Shown here piece after piece: positions 17,721 through 31,439 of a stretch of 64,000 nt of DNA. Numbering within the stretch: the first letter of the stretch is position 1; each line of letters starts with the position of its first letter. The stretch is from the human T2T-CHM13v2.0 reference genome, Homo sapiens. Location of the stretch: NCBI RefSeq assembly GCF_009914755.1, contig NC_060947.1. One strand, 5' to 3'. The position numbers and the translations under genes are program-made. Below the pieces are notes generated by a model, which was given only the letters and a program-made list of their open reading frames with translations, was not told the DNA's origin and searched no databases.

Positions 17721-19189
17721 TAGTGAGTCTTGCAAATATTTGTTTCTATTTGAAGAAACACAGTAAGTGCCAGAATTGGTTTCCTGAACTTCAGGTATTG
17801 TTTCACGTATTTTATTCACATATATGATTCCAGCTCTCATATAGTTGACTCTTAAGTTACACAGAGTTGTAAAAATTGGCTTAAATGCACAAGTTGGAAA
17901 AAAATAATTTATATTTTTTTTGTGGAGAGCAGTAAAAGTTTTAGACTCCGCTTCGCAATGTCTGCATAGGACTAGCTATAGAGTCAACATTACATTGGAT
18001 TTTGTTCTTGTAGTATCACAATGAACTCACAAGCATACTCTAAACAAAGAGACAAAATAGTATGCATCATTTCTTGAACTGCACTGGCAGTTGAGATTCA
18101 TTAGAAATTAAGATTTAACTGCCATTAATTCACTGTGGTTATCACATGCAGAAAATAATAATCAGAGGCTAAATGTAATCCTTGCAGTAGCAATCCTGAC
18201 AATTTTTATAACTTGCAATTAGTTATAAAAGAGAAATCCTGGATTACTCGTAAATTGTGAAGTGCCATCAAATACTATAATGCGACAGTAAAGTAGGCAT
18301 AGTTCTTACCCACATATTAAAGATTAGGCTTAGGTATTAAACTGTGAAAAACTGCTTTCCAAGGTATATATATTTCAAAATAGCCAACTCTGCAACATTT
18401 TCTGAAGAGTTACTTTCTGTTCTTTGTGCGTAGGTTATTTTTCCTCATGTGTGCAGCAGTGTTTTGCAATTATTGGCCATCTTTTACTCCTGATTTCCCT
18501 TACAGAAGATTGATTAGCACAATCAGTCACTGGAAAGCAATTTGCATCACCGAAGGTAGCTTCTTTTCTCTCTTGATTAGCAGCCCTACTGCAAGTTATT
18601 CAGCAAAAATAGATAATCCATAAGAACACTGCTAGACGAACATTCTGATAAGACAAGAGGGTTGGAGTTGAATATCACTGACAGTGTCCCAGGTAGACAA
18701 ATGATCAATGAAGCCTTGCTGTCTTCTATTTGTGTGATTTTCCTTTATTGTGAGAATTGGACCTTTAGTACTGTTTTTGTTTCTCATTCCTATATGAATC
18801 TTTGGGTCTTTGAGAACACATATTTGCCTGTGATTTGTGTAAAAAAATGAATAATACCTATTATCTATCAGTATCACAAATAAATGGTACCATATTTCTA
18901 TATAGATATTCTGCCAGCCAAACCAAAAGCAGTGTCTATGTGAAGAAATGAGTCAAACGAAGTTCCATTGAATCATACAGTTTTTCTATTAAATTAGGTA
19001 CTATTATGAAACAGATATTAGTTCTCTAGTTTTGATTTAAAATAAGTTTAGAACGTAAATATGTATGCTGGCAGTAGAAAGATGAAAGGAGAAGTTTAAC
19101 AGTTGTTTCTTTCGAGGTTTTGCTTTACTTTCTCTGCTTAGAAGGAAAAATGCATGGGGCTGCAGAATGATTGAGTAGAAAAGTTGATA

Positions 19190-19392
19190 GATCTGGGGAC
19201 TCTATATAATAGGTTAAAATCCTCAGCAGGCTCACTTAATATCTGTGTGGCTCTGAGCAAGCCAATTAACGTTTCTGAACCTCAGTTCTCCCATCTATAA
19301 AATGGGCACAATATTAATTACCTTGTCATGATTAAAGATATTGTATACAAAATGTCCAACTCATATCAGGCACAGTAAATGACTGCTATTTC
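19190..19392 (+). mobile_element. MIR
   Basis: ctgtgtggctctgagcaagccaattaacgtttctgaacctcagttctcccatctataaaatggg core. Confidence 0.8.
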
Positions 19393-20084
19393 ATGATCTG
19401 TATCTATATCTATATGGATAGTAAAATATAAGCCCATTTTCATCTGTAGCTATATAGATAATAAAATATAAGCCCAAGTTGGAGCTGTACTTTCTTGCCC
19501 TCACCTGGAGGTGAAATAAATAGAAAACCTTCATTTAAACGTTTGACTCCATATAAAGCTGAAGTATCAAATGACTAAAACTCAGTTCTGCATTAGATGA
19601 AAATAATTGGTCATCCAAAACGAATTAAGAACCATTTAATTTTTAAACTTTAGATTCTAAATAAAAGGCTTGCATATTGGTATTTTTAACAACTAACACA
19701 ACTTAAACTTTTCTTTCTTCTTTTCTCTTTGTCACAATATTACATTATAGCAGTGAAATCGGAGTCTTTCACCTTTCTCTACTGAAATGCTCCCAAACTC
19801 CATAACCTACTCTACTCCAGCCCATACTGTCTCATTGTCACAGATACAGTCCAATTCCTCCTGTCTTTATGGCTTACTCTCTTCTGTTTCCAATACAAAT
19901 AAAATCTTTCCATCTTCTATTATCTTTTATTTGGCCCATTTCTCCAATTCTGCCCAACCAAAAGCCCCAAAACTAGCAGGCAAAGAGTTGGACAGAGGAG
20001 CAGCTCTTAAGCCAAAACTCTTAAGTCAACTACTTCTCACATTTCCTCCCCAGTTCTCCACTTCCCCTTCCTGCCAAATGTTGA

Positions 20085-21015
20085 ATAAGAATCAAATTCA
20101 GAGGGGCCAAGATCTGAACAGACATTTCTCCAAAGAAGACGTACAAATGGCCAAAGGTATACGAAAATGTGCTCAACATCACTAATCATCAGGGAAATGC
20201 AAACCAAAACCATAATGCAATATCACCTCACACCTGTTAGGATGGCTGTTATTAAGAAGACAAAATGTAACAAGGGTTGGCAAGGATGTGGAGAAAAGGG
20301 AATCCTTATATGTTGTTGGTGAGAATGTATATTATGGGAAATGGTATGGAGATCTCTCACAAAATTGAAAAAAGAACTGCCATTTGATTCAACAAGTCCA
20401 TATCTAAGTGTATATCCAAAGGAAATAAAATCAGTATCTCGAAGAGATATCTGCATTTACATGTTCATGGCAGCATTATTCACGGTACCCAATATATGGA
20501 AACAATCTACTTAGATTGTTGTGCCTGTAGATGAATGAAAGGACAGAGAAAATGTGTGTGTATTTTTTTTTTGTATGTGTGTGTGGGTGTGTGTGTGTGT
20601 ATGTTTAATGGAATATTATTAAGCCTTAGAAAAAACCTTAGGAGCACAAAGTACAATGGTGATTGCTAGGAACTGGGGTAGTGGTGGCGATGGAGGGGGA
20701 AATTTGGTGAGGTTACTCAAAGGGTATAAATTTTCAGTTATGTGGGATGAATAAGCTCTGGAGATCTAATGTGCAGCATGGTCACTACAGTTAATGATAA
20801 TGCATTGTGTACTTGACATTTGCTGAGAGTAGATCTTAACTGTCCTTAACACACTTGCACACACACATACACGGTAAATATGTGAGGTGATGGATATGTT
20901 AATCAGCTTGATTGTGATAAGCACTTTACAATATATATGTATATTAAAACATCATATTATACACTTTAAGTATATACAACTTTTATGTGTCAATTATACC
21001 TCAATAAAGCTGGAG
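20085..21015 (+). mobile_element. L1MA8/9-like 3' end
   Basis: gatctgaacagacatttctccaaagaagac...; terminus tgtcaattatacctcaataaagctgg. Confidence 0.88.
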
Positions 21016-22629
21016 AGAAAGGAAAACAAATTCAGATGCACCAACTTCTGTTTTATTTTACTCAGGACGTTAAGAAAGAAGATTCTATGGGCTATCTTAT
21101 CCTCTTGTTTATAATGCCTATCATTGTGATGGCAGAGAGCAAAAACAAAATTTTGTGTATTACAGAAAACCAACAACTGGTTTAGGATTATAGGAATTCC
21201 TTGGTGGGTCCCTCTGAAAACAAATTTTAAAAATGACATGAATCATTTTCAAAATTGGGACCTGTTTTATTTATTTGTAGGGAAAGTTCAATTAATTGAA
21301 TGTCTGAATAGGCTAAGAGTATGGATAATAACAGGTAATATAATCAAGGCCAGAATTTTTGTATTTCATAGGAAGAAAAGATGAAGCTTTTTTTCCGCTG
21401 AAAGATTAGGGAAGAATGTTATGAAAAATTGTAGGGAGGGTTCCAGCCAATTGTGCTTTATGTTTTTGTCTTTTATGTTTGGGAGCATTCCAAACTTATG
21501 TTTTCAACATCCAGAAAAGAAAGGCACAATATACCGGTCAATTTTCTAAAATACAAAATAAAGTGTATTTTACATGTCATCATGTGTGAATTAGCTATTA
21601 AGAGCTCAGACTGGTTGGAAGGTAGCATAACTTCCTCTGAATTACAGTGATAATTCAAATTTTAAAGACTCCGTAACAGTTTGGCAAGGAAGAAAATATA
21701 CTGAGAGAACAGACCAACCTATGACAAATGTAAACTTATACTTTCCCACTGTTAGGAATATGCAAACTGTACAAAAAAGGGAAGCAAGGGCTTCAGAAAA
21801 TTTTCTGAATATTAGCATAAGGTTAATGTGGCATATTTTTGCTTTTATATATAAAACTAATTTTGGCAAACAGTGGCGCTCTATCATTTCCTCCTTATTA
21901 TAAGATGCATGCAACCAATTCAGTTATTTCTTAAAATGTATACATTTGATTGAAAAAGCACTTATTGAACCCATTATATAGTTACTCATATTCACTGAGT
22001 GGTTGGTACCAAGAACATACTGTGTGCTGGTAGTGCTGTGTGTATTGTCACTCGGCCATTGTAGTGACACCTGAACATAAGATTTATATAATTAATGGGG
22101 TATGATACATATTAATAAGTGCTTCAAGTGATATAGTTTCAAATATAGGGAGGTCTCTTCTTCACTGTGACAGTCACACAGCCAGCTATAAAGAAGTGTG
22201 TGACTGCAAAGCCAATATAAATTAGACCTGCAATTTTTTACTTAACTTAGAATAACTTTTGTCCCATGAAATTCTATCTGTGTGACCTTACATTCCTTTG
22301 CTATATGGGAATATTTAAAACAGGATATTTCATTTGATGATTACATGGGAGAAGGCATTTCAAGCATTTGCAATCTTTATCTACATGAGAAAGTTTATGT
22401 AGGTAGTGTCTACTAGAAAATGTATTCTAGAATTCTTATGCTTCTAATAGGCAATTTCCTTCCCATTGGACAAATTGAATATGTTTCCTGACACTTAACT
22501 CTTTCTAAAAAGGAGTCTTTTATCTTACACCTGATTTGTGTAATATGTCCCCAATTTCATAAGCTCTTCTACATTTACGAAAATAGGTGCCATCAATTGC
22601 TATTGGTGGATTCATGCTTAATAAACTGC

Positions 22630-23215
22630 AGAATGATTTTCTTAAAATGCCAACTAGATCATGCCTTCTCCCCCAAATTTTTCATGCACTTCCCATTATA
22701 CCTAAAATAACATCTCAAATACTAAATCTTTTTATAAAGCCCTTTTGGGAGCTGACTTCTGCCTTCCTCCACAAATTCTTCACGTTTCATCCCCTCCCCC
22801 TACCGCCCCCCCGCCACCATGCTACTCACTCTTGACCTTTTTTCATTCCCTCAAACCCCCAAATAACTTTCTTACCTCAGGGCTTTTGTGCATCTTCTTG
22901 TTTGCTCTTTTCATGCCTGACTTATTCTCATCCTTAAGGACACGCTATACATGATTACTTCTCAGAAAGACCTTCCTTGAATTTTCAATTGAAATTAAGA
23001 TCCCTCGTACAATTCTACAAAACAAACTTAGTTTCCCTTTATGTAGCACTTATCATCCCTCCTAGCTGTGCTTATTGATGTGATAATTTGATAGTCTCTT
23101 TCCCCTTAACAGTAAACTGTGTAATTGCATGGGCTTTATCTGTTTCAGTCAATACAGTATCTTTAGAGTGTAGTATAGTGCCCAAATTCCTCAAAATAAA
23201 TGGACTGAAAAAATT
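22630..23215 (+). mobile_element. L2 3' fragment
   Basis: cctcagggcttttgtgcat...cttctcagaaagaccttcc...gtaaactg...atagtgccc...aataaatggactgaa. Confidence 0.65.
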
Positions 23216-24072
23216 CAGTCAATGGATCTGCAAAAAGTAAATATAAATATATCTCCTTCCCAGAATATCCTGTCCACAGGGTTTTTGTTTTGATATTTTT
23301 AAACAGGTGATTATAAGTGGTTGTACAAGTAGATATTAAGGAGCCCTGGATTGTTCTTTGTAATAGAGAAAGAAAAGAGTGTCATTGGCAGACTATGGTT
23401 CAATTGATAAGTTGAAGGAGAAAATGGGTCAGAGTGTTTCGGGCAGTGGATTTGGGGGTCAATCTCCTGTAGCTAGATGATCAATGGATTTGAAGGATAG
23501 ACATATCTAACATGCAATTTGAATTTACTTTTACATATTTTGCTGATGTATTTTTTAGTAGAATTGTGCTTAACAATATTCTGTATTCCTCTTTGGTTTT
23601 GGTGAGTTTTGGGATCTCGAGGAGCAGAGTACATGTCCCATAATTATTATATTTAAATATATAGATATATATTTTTAAAGGCCCCAATCCCTGTCTCTAA
23701 CAAAGAGTTTAGGGTTGTTAAACTTAAGGGTATCATAAAGTTGATCCATGGCTACAAGTATAACTTCTTAGAAATAAGCTCCAGACATTGATATTGGTAA
23801 TACTGTCTAAGAATTATTTGATAATTTAGCTAACACTGTGGCATCTCTCCCATAAAATATTTCATACTATCATTAAAACTACATGAAACCATTTATAAAA
23901 AGGCATTTTTACTTTTTATTGCTTTACAATTTTCCAGGTTCCAGGAAGGCTAAGTTCTATACCTGCTATAACTTTTTGCAGCTGCAACTGAAAAAAAAAA
24001 TACTAGCTACAATAAAATAGGCAATAAAATGCTCTTGAAATACACACACCATATATATAACTATTATACACA

Positions 24073-24143
24073 CATAGATATAGATATGGATATCTCTATC
24101 TCTATCTCTATCTCTATCTCTATCTCTATCTCTATCTCTATCT
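24073..24143. repeat. (ATAGAT)-like units followed by a (TATCTC)n microsatellite
   Basis: Direct reading. Confidence 0.9.
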
Positions 24144-24145
24144 GT

Positions 24146-24210
24146 AGATCATGCCACCATACTCCAACTTGGGTGACAGAGAGAGACCCTGTCTCAAAAA
24201 AAAAAAAAAA
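24146..24210 (+). mobile_element. 5'-truncated Alu 3' end with poly(A)
   Basis: agatcatgccaccatactccaacttgggtgacagagagagaccctgtctc(A)n. Confidence 0.85.
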
Positions 24211-24431
24211 GACAAAAAACCCCTAACTCTCTAATGCTTGTTCCAAGTTAACAGCTCCAAGCTTTTATTTTTACATTCTTAAAATTACAAATGTTATATA
24301 CATGCATCAGAAAAATTAGAAATATTGAGCATGGTTAAATATGTTCACAACCCCAACTCTTTTAATGGTAAACATTTTTATTATTTCATTCCTGATTTGT
24401 TCCCCTTAAGGCTGATGGGTTTTGCCTTCTG

Positions 24432-24518
24432 TCCCTCCCTCTCCCCCTCCCTTCCTTCCTTCCTTCCTTCCTTCCTTCCTTCCTTCTTTCCTTCCTTCCT
24501 TCCCTCCTTTCTTCCTTT
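24432..24518. repeat. (CCTT)n polypyrimidine microsatellite
   Basis: Direct reading. Confidence 0.9.
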
Positions 24519-24539
24519 CAAGTTTGTTGTTTCATTTGT

Positions 24540-24840
24540 TTTTATTTTTATTTTTTGAGACAAGGTCTTATTTAGTCACCCAGGCTGCAGTTCAGTGGCA
24601 TGACCATGGCTCACTGCAGCCTTGAATTCCTGGGCTCAAGTGATCCTCCCAACTCAGCCGCCTGAATAGCAGCGACCACAGGCACACACCTCCATGCCTG
24701 GCTAATTTTTTGATTTTTCTTGTAGATATGAGGTCTCACTATGTTGCCCAGGCTGGTCTCGAACTCCTGGACTCAAGCAATCCTCCCTCCTCATCCTCCC
24801 AAAGTGCTGAGATTATAGATGTGAACCACAACTGCTGGCC
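24540..24840 (-). mobile_element. AluJ
   Basis: gctcactgcagccttgaattcctgggctcaagtgatcctccc J-type diagnostics. Confidence 0.92.
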
Positions 24841-26044
24841 AGTTGTTTTAAAACAACTGTTTTTTTTTTTTTTTAAGTAAGGAAATACATCATCTGTTTG
24901 TAAGATAGCTCTTGTAAAATAAAATGTGTTTAAATATAAAACAAAATAAACTCCAGTGATGAGATACTACATACATCATGTGAAAACAACAGTCTGATCT
25001 TCATGTTATGAGTACTAGAATTACAAAATCACTACACAATTAAAAAATAAAAAATACATTTTTAGAGCCAAAAATTACTAAGCGGAAAATGTCCAAGTTT
25101 CCAGTTTGGCAAAGATTGGATATAGTTATATGAAATATTTAATAAACTGAATTTTCCCACATTGTGTAAACAAAATGACTAAGTCTGTGTCTGGCGATTA
25201 CAGTCTGACTCCATAGCTACACAAAACATGCAGTTTTGTATAACCGTAGTTCTTAGGTTAAGAGAGGGCAGGTAAAGTGACTGCAGAGAACAAAAATGTG
25301 GGAAGAAAAAATATTGTATACCAGATAGCATACAATAATGGTGAAAATAAAGCCTATTAATGCATCTCCTAATGATGCAAAGGTCATCTTCCAACTTTGA
25401 AAAATGAATTAAGAAAGGGCAAGAGTTTAAATAATTGCAATGTCACATGAAAAAATCCGCATGTGATGGATAAAAACACAATGGAGGATTTATACATGTT
25501 AGTTGGAAAAAAGAAGAGCTGTCAACTTTCTTTGTCCAAATTAAGAAAGAGTAACTAAGTTTGTCAATATCTAACATCACTTATACTGTTGTTAACAAAT
25601 TAATAATAGCAATTCTGGCTCCATGTACTAATTAGAACTTTTGACCACGTGCTGATTGAACCCAGTGAGGGAGGACACCAAATAAACCTATGTTTATTTT
25701 TAGTTTAATTTGGTACATTCCATTCTTTTTTTAAAGCATTTGTCAGCAAACAGATTTAGTAAAAGAACAGGCTGAGTTGGCCTATATAGCTATGGATCCC
25801 TGAGATTGCTTTGGCTAGTTAAATCTCAGTTTTATTGAATCCTTAATAACAGGCATAGGATTTGCTGGGAGAGGAGGAGTGTTGAAAAGATCTGTACAAG
25901 TTGTTTTCTGAGAGCCCAACAGAAAAGCTCTTAGGTTCCTGGTTCAGTGGTATTTTTCTTTATATCAAGTTGTTTCTTTATTTTTGTTTTATTATTCCCA
26001 CTCAAAGCAAGACTGTTAGCATCTTCACTTGTTTTATCTCTTCT

Positions 26045-26046
<2 letters not shown>

Positions 26047-26088
<42 letters not shown>
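26047..26088. repeat. Pure poly(T) tract of 42 nt
   Basis: Direct count. Confidence 0.95.
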
Positions 26089-26089
<1 letters not shown>

Positions 26090-27576
26090 GCGGGGGTGTG
26101 GCGCGATGGTGAGGAGGTATTCCTCTTTATGAGGTGAGGATGTCCTCTTGACTTCTACTACAGGATTAGGTAATTTTGTTTCTCCATTTCCTGAAAGACT
26201 AGCTTGGTTTACCAGATGTGTTAAAGAAAAGACTCTAGGCTAAAGAACAAAGACTTTGTTGGTGGAGAAATAGCTGATTCTGTTGCAGTTTGAGGAATGC
26301 TCTCACTCTATTAACTTTCACTGAAATTTACTTGTGGCACAGAAACTTCAATAGCCTTTATCTTGGTCACAGATGCTGCTATAACAGCTGTTGCAAGACT
26401 ATATCTGCACTGATAGCTCTCAGAACAGTTCAATGAACCAGTCTTCAGAGCACAGGCAGATTAAGGCACAGGCTTGCTGTTATCACTGTCCATTGAAAAG
26501 CATTGCAGCAATTTTCATGCATACTTCAAAAATCTTGGTGTTTATTGCTTGCCTATAAACTGTATCTATGCAAGACTGAATATCATAGGAGAAATCAAGA
26601 TTGAGGTTGCCTGAGTGTTTTGTTTTTGTAAACACTAACTCAATCACCTGTATTGTATGAAATTCTTCCTTATTCTTTTTAATCATCTTTTAATTCTTAC
26701 TGTGTAACAATTGTTCCCTGTTCCTGGCTAAAATTCTGGACATGCTCCCTAGTTTTTCCAGTCTCTCTTAACCAATAAAAATATTTTAATATCTTCCAAG
26801 CATTAACAAATTCGATTTCATTTCATAATGACTACTCCAACTCAGTGTTATTTCAGATGCCAACATTATTCAGTGTTAAACTTTTCTCCTCCCAAACTCA
26901 GATCTGCTTGAGTACTGGAAGCCTACAGTAGGAAAAGGATGTGAACTGGATTTCTGTCTTAGTTGTTTGCTAATCACTATATGACTGGGTAAATGACTGG
27001 CTTAGTTGGAACCTGGTGTTAGAAAACACTGGTGATAGTATTTTTCCATGATGCCTTTCTATCACCATGGCATACATTAATGGAGTACTTAGCAATTTTC
27101 CTATTGAGGATCTCCCATTTCAACCCTTTGGTGAGGGGAATGCCTTGTGTCTAGCTGTCTATATACACCTTCATCCTTGCCCCCTGGGTCTTTAGCTGTT
27201 TATTTTTCAGTTGGTATTCCTGTGTTTCCTCAGTCAGTCATCTGTGCTGGAGTGAATCCTCAGAAAACTCCAGACTGTACCGCTTTCTCAAGGTCGTATT
27301 TGGTCCCCAGAAAACCTTCACCTGTGCCCTACCTTTGCTGGAAAAGGAGCTGGATCCCAGGGCAGCCCTCTCTACTCCACCATCAATAAGGGGTAGCACC
27401 AGCCACAGATCTTGCCTTTAGAATTCATGGGTATAAGTCACATGTCTGTCCTCTTGTTCTTCACACCCTTGGAAACATATTTGAAACTCTCCTTAGGGAT
27501 CCTGAAGCTCCTCTCATGAATTGAGGTGAGGTGAGGTATAGCACACTTAAATCTTTCTTGAAATAAATCATCTCTC

Positions 27577-28250
27577 CACTACACACTCACTACATAACCA
27601 GTAAAGTGGCTAAAATGAAAAAGAAAATACCAAGTGTTAGTGAGGATGTGGAGAAACTGAAACCCCTATATATTTCTGGTGGGAGTATAAATCGGTATAA
27701 TCACTTTGGAAAATACTTTGGCATTATGTACTAAAGCTTAACATATCCATTCTCTGTGACCTAGTCATTCCACTCTTTAGGCACATGTGCACGTATGATC
27801 AACAGAAGTGTATTCTTAAAAACCCTATTAATAATTGCCCCAAACTGAAAACTGCCCAATTACCCATTAACAAAAGAATAAAAAATAAAATGGTGGTATA
27901 GTCACACAATGAAATGAAATATGGTATTAAGAATGATCATTCTACAATTGCACATGCCAATATATCAAAAACACAAGATGAAGCCAGGCACAAAAGAGTA
28001 CACACTATATGACATCATTTATATAAAAGTCTTAACACAGGCCAAGTTACTCTATGCTGTGTTACTAGTAAAGAATAGTGCGGTGACTAGCTAGAAAAAA
28101 CTTGAGTGAGGAATATGTGGTGCTAGCAATATTCTATTTTCTGATCTGGTGCTCATGTCATGGGTAATTTTAGTTCATAAAATGTATTGAACTGTTGCTT
28201 GTAATATGTGCATTTGTATTTTGAATATTATGCCTCAAAAAGAACTATAA
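27577..28250 (+). mobile_element. L1ME/L1MC-type 3' fragment
   Basis: ggctaaaatgaaaaag...accaagtgttagtgaggatgtggagaaactgaaaccc...aagccaggcacaaaagagtac. Confidence 0.75.
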
Positions 28251-29859
28251 AACGGAAGTAAGAAACAACAAAAATGAAATTAGCCATCTTAACTTTTTAA
28301 TCTCAATATCTTATATAAGGTTTGGAGGGTTGATCTGTTCATGTCACCATCTTTGCAAATCCTGCATAGATGAACCAGCCCCTTGGTTTAGAGAGTGTGG
28401 TTACCAGGCAACTGTTGTTCTCTTCTCAGCCTTTGTGACCTCTTTCTGAGCCTACGGTAGGAATTGCATTTATCATCTAGTTACCTAAATGACATCCTTG
28501 GTACAAAGATATCAGAAGCTTGGGGATCCAAACGAGGACTCTGACCATGCTCATTGGCAGGGACTGTGGGTCACAAGGTGCCAGAAGCCATAAAAAGATA
28601 AAAAACGTACCAAATGGGAAATGAATTGACAGCCATTTTTACGTTAGCCTTGAGAGTCACAATTCTGGGCTCATTCTGCCCAGTTCTTCTGGTAATATCC
28701 CTATGAGTTCACTATGGGATATGGATTGACAAAGTGATGAAGCTGAATTGGAAGAGCATTTATGGAAAATATGTCAGAGAGCAGAAGAGGTTTCACCTAC
28801 ATTAATCTTTGTCAATTATTTTATTATGATGCAGGCAGGCACTCTGAAACTCACAAATATTTAATATTCTCTGAGCCAAATTGTTCTCTCTTACATCCAT
28901 ATATACCCTGTAACCCAAAAAGATTGCACCTATTGAAGCAGTACCGAAGTCGCAGGAGATTTGGACAGACTCTGAAAGAGGATGACTACTAGCCACGGGC
29001 ATGAAGATTTTTCCATTTCAAGATACATACTGATAAGTTGTTTTCCTTTTGACAATGTTAACAGCAATATGCAGGATTATCAATTTTCCCACATCCCCTT
29101 AAGTATTAGCTAATATTTACTTAAATATATGCATATATGGTTTTCATAGGTAGAAATGGCCTTTCAAACATTTTAAATCTAAAGACAAAGCATATTAGCT
29201 ATAATTTTATCTTCTACTTTTTAGGAAAGTTTTTTTCAGCACAAAGTGACTATTTCATCAAGTTGCTGTTCTGTCTAAATGTGAAACTGAGCTTCTGTTC
29301 AATCTCTAGGAAAGAAACTCCATAAAAGATATAAGGACAATGGTCTCAGATTTCTCAATTAGTTTAACAATTGACAATTACGTTAATCTGAGAAGACCTT
29401 GGTGGATACTATCTGAGATGGTATCACTCTTTTGTTCATTGTATTATCTAGTGCCAAGCTAATGCCAGAATTAATTATTAGCAATTATTGTTCTTTCTTT
29501 CAATAGCTGGCATATGGAGCAAATTCTGTTTTTTTCTTGTTTGTACAATAGTTTATTATAATGCATATAACTTCAGAATAGATTTTCTTATAACTATCTG
29601 AAATTATTATTATCATGATGGACAAGACTATTTCTGAATGGGAAAATTTCTTAAGATAAACCAAGGATAATAATGAGGCTCTTACAATTTTCTATTTTTG
29701 TATGTTATGAAGCAATAAGAGATATCCTTTACAAAACTTACTGAGAATTTTACAGCACTATTCCAAGATGCTTCATACTTTGTTAAATTATTACAATAGA
29801 GTTAATGATTATTCTGTTAGTGTTAGTATTCTTAATAATAATTTTAATTATCATATACC

Positions 29860-30745
29860 AATTTTTAAGTTTTATTGAGGTATATTTACACACCATAAAA
29901 TTCATCAATCCCAAGCATACGATTTGATGATTTTTAGTAAATTAGAGAGCTATTTAACCATCATCACAATTCAAAAAGATTCCACTTTCTTATTTACCGT
30001 CACTCCTCAGACCCACCCCCAACCAGGGGTAACAACTAATCTGTTTTTTTTTTTCTATGTATTTCCTTTTCTGGCCATTTCACATATATGAAATCATACA
30101 ATATGTGGTCATGTTTGTCTGTCTTCTTTCACTTAGCTTTTTAGAATTTTTTGAGTTTTTACTTATTTATTTTTTGATTTTTTATTTCCATTGGTTATTG
30201 GGGAACAGGTAGTGTTTGGTTACATGATTAAATTCTTTAGTGGTGATTTGTGAGATTTTGGTTCACCCATCACCCGAGCAGTATACACTGCACCCAATTT
30301 GTAGTCTTTTATCCCTCACCCCCTTCCCAGCCTTTTCCCCTGAGTCCCCAAAGTTCACTGTGTCATTCTTATGCCTTTGCATTCTCATAGCTTACCTCAT
30401 CGTATGTTATGAGTGAGAACATACAATGTTTGGTTTTCTGTTCTGAGTTACTTCACTTAGAATAATAGTCTCCAATCTCATTCAGGTCTCTGCGATAGAT
30501 TCATCTATGTCGTAGCATGTACCTGTAGTTCCTCCCATTTTATTGCTGAATAATTATCTATATATACTACATTTTGTTTATTCATTCTTCAACCAGTGGA
30601 CATTTATGTTGTTTTTAGTTTTTGACTATTATGTACAATATCGCCAGGAACATTTTCATTCAAGTCTATGTGTGGACAAATGTTTTCATTTCCTGTGGGG
30701 TAGATACCTATGAGTAAAACTGTTGAGTTGAATAGTAAGTTGTTC
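29860..30745 (-). mobile_element. Old L1M (L1MB-ME) 3' end, interrupted by L1PB
   Basis: ttttattgaggtatatttacacaccataaaattc...; resumes after 30496 (gattcatctatgtcgtagcatgt). Confidence 0.75.
30158..30496 (-). mobile_element. L1PB1-like 3' end
   Basis: ttggggaacaggtagtgtttggttacatga...tttagtggtgatttgtgagattttgg. Confidence 0.88.
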
Positions 30746-31439
30746 CATTCAGTGTCTCAACCACAGGCAGTTGTGATGTTGGCCTTCCCTGATTGCTTGC
30801 CACCAATATCACCACTGTCTGAGACAAGGCCCCTGAACATGTATTACCAAATCAAGCTAGACTCCACTGGCAGTGAAATTCCTGATTGTGATGACTTGCT
30901 CCATCCTAGTAGAACTACCACCCAGAATGAGCTTGATGGGGAAGGAGTAAGGAGGGGAAAGAAGAGAGCAACTATAGGGTAAAATGCAGTAGACTGACAT
31001 TCTTCCTACCTGAAACCCCAAGTTCAGCAGTTTTTCAAGCATAAACAAATGCTTTCCGGATTGTTGCATGCCTTTGGTCAATTTTCAAACAATATTGAAA
31101 TGAATGTTTTGACAATTTTATCTAGTTGTATCATTGTGTTTTGGGCAGAAGGTTTGCCAATCTCCTCATTCTACAATTCCGGAAGTCTTCCCTCCTCCAA
31201 ATACCAGTTTTCTAACTTAAAAAAAATGAAAACAAATATATCAAGGCACCTTCTTCAAGCGCATACATGTTCTTCAGGCATATACATGTTTACTGAAATA
31301 GAACCTTAGGGGAAGAAAGGTTGTTAAATGAGTGTCAATAGGCTAGACAGTATTATTTCATGAAAATATACTAAGTTGAGAATACAATCAAATATAACAT
31401 GACATCTGATTATCCCTTCTGATTTGAGGAAGCTATACA

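Noticed and set aside
18204-18230. 10-bp-arm palindrome ttttataact...agttataaaa
   Set aside because: Short and AT-only; expected by chance.
19787-20185. 132-aa ORF
   Set aside because: Low-complexity pyrimidine-rich sequence running into an L1MA 3' fragment.
22811-22866. Kozak-like context ccgccaccATG
   Set aside because: Opens only a 15-codon ORF inside an L2 remnant with no promoter evidence.
24029-24625. ORFs with ISIS, PSFL and EGRK repeats
   Set aside because: Translations of (TATCTC)n and (CCTT)n microsatellites.
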